This document shows, in pieces, positions 57,952 through 64,000 of a stretch of 64,000 nt of DNA (its first letter is position 1; every line of letters begins with the position of its first letter). Position numbers and translations under genes: made by a program. This DNA is from Pirellulaceae bacterium. GTDB taxonomy: Bacteria; Planctomycetota; Planctomycetia; Pirellulales; Pirellulaceae. The stretch is from the NCBI GenBank assembly GCA_041739135.1, contig JBGSOM010000126.1:486-64485 (forward strand). The letters are read 5' to 3'. A model generated the notes under the pieces. The model did not search any database, was not told the DNA's origin, and worked only from the letters and a program-made list of their open reading frames with translations.

Positions 57952-59879
57952 GTTGGTTCGCTTTCATCTGGCTGAACGGCAACGCATCTAACCAACGTAC
58001 CGCCTGCTTTGCGACGTCGAATTTGCAAAGTGCCTCCAATGATCCCAGCGCGATAATGCATCGTTCGCATTCCCATACCATGATCTTTTTTCGCTTCGAC
58101 AATGCGGCTGTATGCTTCGTCAATTCCGACTCCGTTGTCCCGTACTTCCAGCACCGTTTCTTTGCCGCTTTGCTTGAGTGAGAGCACAATCTCATTGGCG
58201 CTACTATGTCGAAGCGCATTGTTGACGGCTTCTTGTGCGATCCGGTAAAGATGAGTCGCAGCAGAGTTATCCGAAACAATGACTGGCGATGGGCATTCAA
58301 ATCGGCAATAGATCGTCGGCGGCAAATTGGTCGAAGATGCGAGTTCTTCTAAAGATGACTGCAGCGCGCCTGCGTCGATTTGAACAGGCATAATTCCGTG
58401 GGACAGCTCATGAACGTTGCGATTGGCTTCGATAAGTTTTTGGTTTACCTTAGCTAAGGTACCGCGAACCCTAAGAAAGTCGTTTTCCTCAAGTTGTCGA
58501 ATGGCACGTCCTTCGACAATCGCTCCAGAGGCGGTATCAATCATTTCAAGCAACGCTCCGGCCATCAGCGAAAGGCCAGTCAGTTCCTGTCCTGTGCCAT
58601 CGTGCAGCTCGCGACCGATGCGACGCTGTTCCTCCGATGATATTTCAAGGATATGCCGCTGCATCTTTTTTCGTTCTGAGATGTCTCGAATGATACCTGT
58701 GAAAAAGCCTGAATGGTCGACTTCCGTTACCGAAAGATCGATAGGGAAAATCGAACCATCTTTGCGCTGTGCAACCAATTCGCGAGGTGTATTGAGGATA
58801 CGCTTCTTGCCGGTCTCGTGGTAGCGCCCAATATACCCGTCGTGTTCATCGCTATAGGGCTTCGGCATGAGGATTTTGATGTTTTGACCAAGCAGTTCCG
58901 CCGATGTGTATCCGAACATTTTCTCGGCCGCTCGATTCGCAGTCTCGATCAACCCGCGGCCATCTATGGTGATGATTGCGTCAAAGGCGGAATCCCAGAT
59001 GGCTTGAAGGTGTTCCTGTTTCTCTTGGAGTACTTTGGTGCGATCCGCCACGGCTGACTCGAGTTCTTCGTTCCGCAGTTTGAGTCGGGCAGCAGCAACC
59101 CTGGAATCGGTGTCATCGAAGACGTAGCCTCGAATTCGGAGCAATGTACCGTGCGCGTCGAACGTCCCCACGACCGTTTCAATAACATGCCGAATGGTCC
59201 CATCACTGTGCCGACCTGTTCGCTGGTGTCTCTCCAGCACTTTGTTTTCTGAGAGCAACTGAACAAAACTTGCCCAGCAAACGGGCGCGAGGTAGAGGTC
59301 CGCTAGGTTGCTGCCCACTGCTTCCTCGCGACTATCAAAGCCAAAGATATCCACGAATGCTTGATTGCAAAGCAATATGTGGCCACTGGGTTCGGCCAGG
59401 TAATCGCCCGTCAAGTCGTTTTCGAAGATCAGACGAAAGCGCTCTTCACTCTCTCGCAGCGAGTCCTGCGTCTGCTTGAATTCGGTAATGTCAGTAAGCA
59501 GGCTGTCGTAGGCGATCAAACAGTTCTGTTCATCCTGATAGGGCACAATCATCTTTCTAATCCAGCGCAGTTGGCCGTCCTTGCGATGAATTCGGTACTC
59601 GATCGGAGCTGGCCGAGTAGCAGAGAGAGCACTCTCAAGTTGTCGCTCAATAAGCGCGCGATCCTCGTCCACTACGATCGCTATCCAGAGCATCGGGTCC
59701 GCTGCGTACTCGGCGGGTTTGTATCCCGTTATCGCTTCGCAGCCGCTACCATGCAACTTTCGAAGGACTTCGCCATCTTGGATCTGCACGTGGTAGAAGT
59801 AGTCGGCTACGGCGGCGCGCAGCCACCGATAGCGATTTTCACTTTCGCTAGAGTCCGAAGTGAAATGAGGATCGTCCAT
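57948..59879 (-). CDS. Cytoplasmic sensor histidine kinase: about 3 PAS domains + HisKA_3 + HATPase_c
   Basis: No TM segment. PAS-like blocks (RWIRKMIVPYQDE; SEERFRLIFEN...; LQAIWDSAFDAIITIDGRGLIETAN...FGYTSAELLGQNI). H-box EEQRRIGRELHDGTGQELTG. ATPase N/G boxes (EAVNNALRHS, DNGVGI, GMGMRTM). Confidence 0.88.
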   Translation of the reverse strand: MDDPHFTSDSSESENRYRWLRAAVADYFYHVQIQDGEVLRKLHGSGCEAITGYKPAEYAADPMLWIAIVVDEDRALIERQLESALSATRPAPIEYRIHRKDGQLRWIRKMIVPYQDEQNCLIAYDSLLTDITEFKQTQDSLRESEERFRLIFENDLTGDYLAEPSGHILLCNQAFVDIFGFDSREEAVGSNLADLYLAPVCWASFVQLLSENKVLERHQRTGRHSDGTIRHVIETVVGTFDAHGTLLRIRGYVFDDTDSRVAAARLKLRNEELESAVADRTKVLQEKQEHLQAIWDSAFDAIITIDGRGLIETANRAAEKMFGYTSAELLGQNIKILMPKPYSDEHDGYIGRYHETGKKRILNTPRELVAQRKDGSIFPIDLSVTEVDHSGFFTGIIRDISERKKMQRHILEISSEEQRRIGRELHDGTGQELTGLSLMAGALLEMIDTASGAIVEGRAIRQLEENDFLRVRGTLAKVNQKLIEANRNVHELSHGIMPVQIDAGALQSSLEELASSTNLPPTIYCRFECPSPVIVSDNSAATHLYRIAQEAVNNALRHSSANEIVLSLKQSGKETVLEVRDNGVGIDEAYSRIVEAKKDHGMGMRTMHYRAGIIGGTLQIRRRKAGGTLVRCVAVQPDESEPT

Positions 59880-60122
59880 GGGATGGATGCCTGCTACTGC
59901 CTCGTGATTCGTACTTATGCGTCTGGTTCCATTGCACCTGGCGCGCGATGACTGGTGCGCTGGTTACAACCGCGACTGAGCATTGTAGCAATCAGCACAT
60001 CGCAGCGGACATGGTGGAATCCACCAGGACGGAATGGTTCAACGGGACGATTTCCATTCGCAGCTCAAACTCGCATAATCTTCGCGTGCGATTCCTGACC
60101 ACTTCATCTGGGGAAACATGTC

Positions 60123-60512
60123 ATGCGAATGCTAATTACGGATGGCGACAGCGAGTTTCTTGAAATTGCGAAGCGATTCATGAAGCAGTACGGACATGAA
60201 GCATTGGTCGCTTCAAACGGCTTGGAGTGCATCGCATGCTTACGGGATTCGGCTCCGGATATCCTCGTGCTGGACAGCGAATTGCTTTGGGGCGGCAGTG
60301 ACGGCGTTCGAGACATCATGAATGAGGAACCGCAATTGGACTCGATTCCCGTCATCCTCATCACAGACGACGAGCCCGGGACTGTGACTGACTCCAAGGC
60401 AAACTCGAGGGTCGTCGATCGAGTCAAAAAGCCTTACTCGTTAACTCAACTTATTAAACGAATACAAGCCTTCGGAAGAGATCATCAAGAGCGCTGCTTG
60501 CGCGCTACCTAG
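60123..60512 (+). CDS. Single-domain response regulator (CheY-like receiver)
   Basis: 129 aa. LITDGDSE, ILVLDSELLWGGSDG (putative Asp acceptor with an atypical following loop), PVILITD and VKKPYS (conserved Lys). Confidence 0.75.
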   Translation: MRMLITDGDSEFLEIAKRFMKQYGHEALVASNGLECIACLRDSAPDILVLDSELLWGGSDGVRDIMNEEPQLDSIPVILITDDEPGTVTDSKANSRVVDRVKKPYSLTQLIKRIQAFGRDHQERCLRAT

Positions 60513-60578
60513 TGCTCTTTTTTGTCTGCAATGCAGCACCGCGCCCAGAGATTCAGGCGGTCCACCAAAGGAGATACG

Positions 60579-62987
60579 ATGACGAGCCCCGATTCAGCTC
60601 CCTTCATCAAGTGGTTTGCCGACATCACGATCGCCGACATCCCCTCAGTCGGCGGCAAGAACGCATCGCTGGGTGAGATGGTGCGTGAGCTGACGAGCAA
60701 AGGCGTCCAAGTACCGGATGGTTTCGCCATCACGGCTGACGCATACCGCCATTTTATCCACGAAGCGAAACTTGACGAACACATTCGTTCGACACTCGCG
60801 GATCTCGACACTCACGATATGGCAAACCTGCGTCACCGGGGACATGCGGTGCGACAGGCGATTCTCAATTCACAACTGCCGCCGGATCTGGAAAAAGCCA
60901 TTGCTGCGGCGTATCGCCAGTTGCAGGGAGACAGCACATCGCCACTGGATGTTGCCGTCCGATCCTCTGCCACAGCCGAAGACCTGCCCGATGCAAGTTT
61001 TGCGGGTCAGCAGGAAACGTATCTCAACGTCCAGGGTGTTTCAGCGCTGCTTGACACGTGCAGACGTTGCTTCGCTTCACTCTTCACCGATCGAGCAATC
61101 AGCTACCGCGTTGATAAAGGATTCGATCATTTCCGTATCGCGCTCAGCATTGGCGTGCAGCGCATGGTGCGGTCTGACATCGCCTGTTCCGGCGTCATGT
61201 TCACGATTGATACGGAATCCGGCTTTCGCGACGCCGTGCTCATCAGTTCTGCGTACGGACTGGGCGAAAACGTAGTTCAGGGCTCCGTCACACCAGACGA
61301 ATTCATTGTGTTCAAGCCGACGCTGAAGACTGGCCACCGACCGATTCTGCAGCGAACCGTCGGCAGCAAAGAATTCAAACTGGTGTATGACGTTGGCGGT
61401 GGCAAGATGGTCAAGAACGTCCCCGTGCCACCCGCTGATCGAGCAAAGCTGTCTCTGACCGACGACGAAGTACTGCAGCTCGCGCGCTGGGGCTGCATTG
61501 TGGAAGATCATTATTCTGCCCGACGTGGCCAGCCGGCTCCAATGGACCTCGAATGGGCAAAGGACGGTCACACGGGCGAATTGTTTATCGTCCAGGCACG
61601 TCCCGAAACTGTGCAGTCGCGCAGGGACCCTGACGTGCTGGAATCTTATCGTCTGAGCCGCCGCAGCGACGTGCTGACCAGCGGCCGCAGCGTTGGTGAG
61701 AAGATTGCCACGGGACGAGTGCGCGTTATCAAGAGTGCTCAGTTTATCAGCCAGTTTCAGGAGGGCGAGGTACTTGTGACAGACAAGACCGACCCGGACT
61801 GGCAGCCCATCATGAAGAAAGCTGCGGCGATTATCACCAATCGAGGCGGACGCACGTGCCATGCCGCCATCGTCAGTCGCGAACTGGGTGTACCGGCCAT
61901 CGTCGGGACAGATCACGGAACTGAAGCGCTACGGGACGGCCAGATGGTGACGGTGAGCTGTGCCGAAGGCGATACTGGTTTTGTCTACGACGGTGAATTG
62001 CCCTTTGACATCACTCGCACATGCCTGAAAACGCTGGCTCAGTCACGCACGAAGGTGATGATGAATCTGGCCAATCCGGAAGAAGCGTTCTCATTATCCT
62101 TCATTCCCAACGAAGGTGTTGGCCTCGCGCGGATGGAGTTCATCATCATGAACTACATCAAGATTCATCCGCTGGCTCTGGTTGACTTCGAGCGGCTTGA
62201 AGACCCTCTGGCAAAAGCAGAGATCGAACGTTTAACAACAGGCTACACCGACAAGCCGCAGTTCTTTGTCGATAAGCTGGCTCAGGGTGCCGGGATGCTG
62301 GCGGCCGCGTTCTATCCGAAGGATGTGATCCTGCGACTGAGCGACTTCAAAACCAATGAGTACGCAAACCTGATCGGAGGCAAACCGTATGAACCCAGCG
62401 AAGAGAATCCTATGCTCGGTTTTCGAGGAGCAAGCCGATACTACAACCCTCGCTACCAGGCAGGCTTCGCGCTCGAATGTCGCGCCGTGAAGAAGGTGCG
62501 TGATGAAATGGGGCTGACCAATCTGAAACTGATGATTCCCTTCTGTCGCACCGTCGAGGAAGGCCGCAAAGTGCAGGCGGAGATGGAGAAGCATGGACTG
62601 CGTCGCGGCGAGAACGGTCTGGAGATTTACGTCATGTGCGAAATACCTGCCAATGTGATTTTGGCCGAGGAGTTCGCAGACATCTTTGACGGATTCAGTA
62701 TCGGCTCGAATGACCTGACTCAGCTTATCCTGGGCGTGGATCGGGATAGCGACATTGTGGCAGCGCTGTTTGATGAACGAAACCCGGCTGTGAAAAAGAT
62801 GATCGCGCAGGTGATCGCCACTTGTCGGGCTCGCGGTCGAAAGATTGGCATCTGTGGCCAGGCTCCCAGCGATTATCCGGAGTTCGCTCAGTTTCTGGTC
62901 GAGCAGGGTATCGACAGCATTTCGCTCAACCCTGACACAGTTCTTAAGACCACTTTGGCAATTCTAAAACAAGAGCATCGTCATTGA
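60579..62987 (+). CDS. ppsA: Phosphoenolpyruvate synthase (pyruvate, water dikinase)
   Basis: AAGGAG box upstream of the ATG at 60579. IPSVGGKNASLGEM ATP-grasp start, phosphohistidine motif GGRTCHAAIVSRELGVPAIVG, C-terminal GICGQAPSDYPEF. The track ORF starts 57 nt further upstream. Confidence 0.93.
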   Translation: MTSPDSAPFIKWFADITIADIPSVGGKNASLGEMVRELTSKGVQVPDGFAITADAYRHFIHEAKLDEHIRSTLADLDTHDMANLRHRGHAVRQAILNSQLPPDLEKAIAAAYRQLQGDSTSPLDVAVRSSATAEDLPDASFAGQQETYLNVQGVSALLDTCRRCFASLFTDRAISYRVDKGFDHFRIALSIGVQRMVRSDIACSGVMFTIDTESGFRDAVLISSAYGLGENVVQGSVTPDEFIVFKPTLKTGHRPILQRTVGSKEFKLVYDVGGGKMVKNVPVPPADRAKLSLTDDEVLQLARWGCIVEDHYSARRGQPAPMDLEWAKDGHTGELFIVQARPETVQSRRDPDVLESYRLSRRSDVLTSGRSVGEKIATGRVRVIKSAQFISQFQEGEVLVTDKTDPDWQPIMKKAAAIITNRGGRTCHAAIVSRELGVPAIVGTDHGTEALRDGQMVTVSCAEGDTGFVYDGELPFDITRTCLKTLAQSRTKVMMNLANPEEAFSLSFIPNEGVGLARMEFIIMNYIKIHPLALVDFERLEDPLAKAEIERLTTGYTDKPQFFVDKLAQGAGMLAAAFYPKDVILRLSDFKTNEYANLIGGKPYEPSEENPMLGFRGASRYYNPRYQAGFALECRAVKKVRDEMGLTNLKLMIPFCRTVEEGRKVQAEMEKHGLRRGENGLEIYVMCEIPANVILAEEFADIFDGFSIGSNDLTQLILGVDRDSDIVAALFDERNPAVKKMIAQVIATCRARGRKIGICGQAPSDYPEFAQFLVEQGIDSISLNPDTVLKTTLAILKQEHRH

Positions 62988-62996
62988 TGTGCCACG

Positions 62997-63018
62997 GCTC
63001 AAGAGATGAGCTTCTTTT
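62997..63018 (+). terminator. Weak hairpin + T-tract after ppsA
   Basis: GCTCA-AGAGA-TGAGC followed by TTCTTTTC, 10 nt after the stop. The stem is only 5 bp. Confidence 0.3.
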
Positions 63019-63395
63019 CGAATGCAAGTCAGTGACAACTAGGAGTTCACTTTGTTACCATGAGTCGGTGCAACTTTTCGAGAGTTCAGGTAAAGCGATC
63101 GACGTGCTTACGTTGCTTGGCGTCGCATGCTGAGCCCTTCGTTGCAAAGCAACGTGTTAAGGCGTGCTGCGTCGGAAAACATCTGTGTCATGTGCAAGAA
63201 CAAGTGGCTACGAACGTAGAGCTGAGTTGATCAATAGTGAACGCTCTTGTAAAGCTTCTAAAGGGCAGCATCACTTCTGTGGGGTCGGCGCTTTTAACGC
63301 GACGCGGTAACCGGTTATCGGCAGATAGAGTTGATTCAGAGTTTACGTCGATTCGGGCACGGAAGTACCTGAAGGCTATTTTCGAGCCACTGAAA

Positions 63396-64000
63396 ATGAG
63401 CGTTCGTGATCTGCTGCCGATCATCCTAACGATCTGCGTTTTTCAGCTGCTCGTATTTCGCCAATCGCTTGAGAATCTAGGGCAGATTTTGACCGGCTTG
63501 GTCTTTGTTGTTATAGGCTTGGCCTTGTTTGTGAAAGGGCTTGAATTCGGCTTGTTTCCTTTGGGAGAATCGATGGCGCACGCGTTGGCTCGCAAAGGGA
63601 GTGTTGGTTGGCTGATTGCATTCGCCTTTGCGCTCGGATTCGGAACCACTTTCGCCGAACCTGCTTTGATTGCGGTTGCTGGCAAAGCTGCAGACATGCA
63701 GGCCGCTTTAGCAGAAGTGGCGGAATCGGGATCGAAAGCGACATCTCGCGACAACTATGCGCTCGGCTTACGGGTAACAGTTGCGTTGGCAGTTGGAACT
63801 GCTTTGGTGATTGGCGTTTTGCGGATCATCAAGGGATGGCCCACGCATTACATGATCATGGGAGGTTATGCGATGGTGCTGTTGCTGACTCCGCTCGCTC
63901 CGCCCAGCATCGTTGCGGTAGCTTATGATTCGGGTGGTGTTACCACTTCAACAATTACAGTGCCTTTAACTACAGCACTTGGCATTGGCTTGGCCCAGGG
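63396..64000 (+). CDS. DUF1538-family integral membrane protein, 3' end cut by window edge (start may be upstream)
   Basis: The frame is open from 63231 to the window end and is not in the ORF track because no stop is reached. [20 protein letters not shown] and [16 protein letters not shown] match DUF1538 blocks. ATG is at 63396, with GTG alternatives at 63279 and 63237. Confidence 0.6.
   Translation, partial: MSVRDLLPIILTICVFQLLVFRQSLENLGQILTGLVFVVIGLALFVKGLEFGLFPLGESMAHALARKGSVGWLIAFAFALGFGTTFAEPALIAVAGKAADMQAALAEVAESGSKATSRDNYALGLRVTVALAVGTALVIGVLRIIKGWPTHYMIMGGYAMVLLLTPLAPPSIVAVAYDSGGVTTSTITVPLTTALGIGLAQ

Noticed and set aside
1-64000. Window-wide scan for rRNA, tRNA, tmRNA, RNase P, SRP RNA, transposases, integrases, phage genes and CRISPR-Cas
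   Set aside because: Reading the intergenic regions, I found no conserved cores such as the T-loop GGTTCGAATCC, the RNase P GAGGAAAGTCC or the SRP GGAAGCAGCC. No ORF carries transposase or integrase motifs. Absence by eye is not proof, so covariance-model scans should confirm it.

Overview
This 64-kb segment looks like chromosome from a Planctomycetota genome, probably Pirellulales-like. The call rests on protein families I recognise by motif: DUF1501, a DUF1559/H-X9-DG pseudopilin, DUF1080, two 'PVC-type' dehydrogenase-HEAT-cytochrome c proteins, a BBP7-like outer-membrane barrel, a dockerin-bearing giant protein and an Uma2 nuclease. No similarity search or HMM was run, so all family calls come from reading the translations. 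Housekeeping content is gatA, a 2-Cys peroxiredoxin, prfC, a Dus-family tRNA-dihydrouridine synthase, a divergent beta-ketoacyl synthase, ppsA, and a complete 14-gene nuoA-N operon on the minus strand (23.2-38.0 kb). I saw no rRNA, tRNA, CRISPR array, transposase, integrase, phage gene or recognisable defence system. The window reads as core genome with lineage-specific accessory genes. The best candidates for something undescribed are: (1) a loose cluster at 8.3-16.3 kb with a TAT-exported Gfo/Idh/MocA oxidoreductase, a 1,471-aa ThuA-NPCBM-propeller-HEAT-cytochrome c fusion and a DUF1080 protein, possibly a periplasmic keto-sugar module wired to haem c; (2) a 232-nt spacer inside the otherwise tightly packed nuo operon that is exactly filled by an 80-codon (79 aa plus stop) open frame overlapping the nuoB stop and the nuoC start; (3) a secreted protein with a 67-residue Gly/Met repeat; (4) a 2,067-aa trypsin-RTX-PPC-Ig-FG-GAP-dockerin mosaic; (5) a PAS kinase/NarL pair divergent from an orphan receiver gene sitting directly upstream of ppsA. 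None of these is proven, and the interest scores reflect that.
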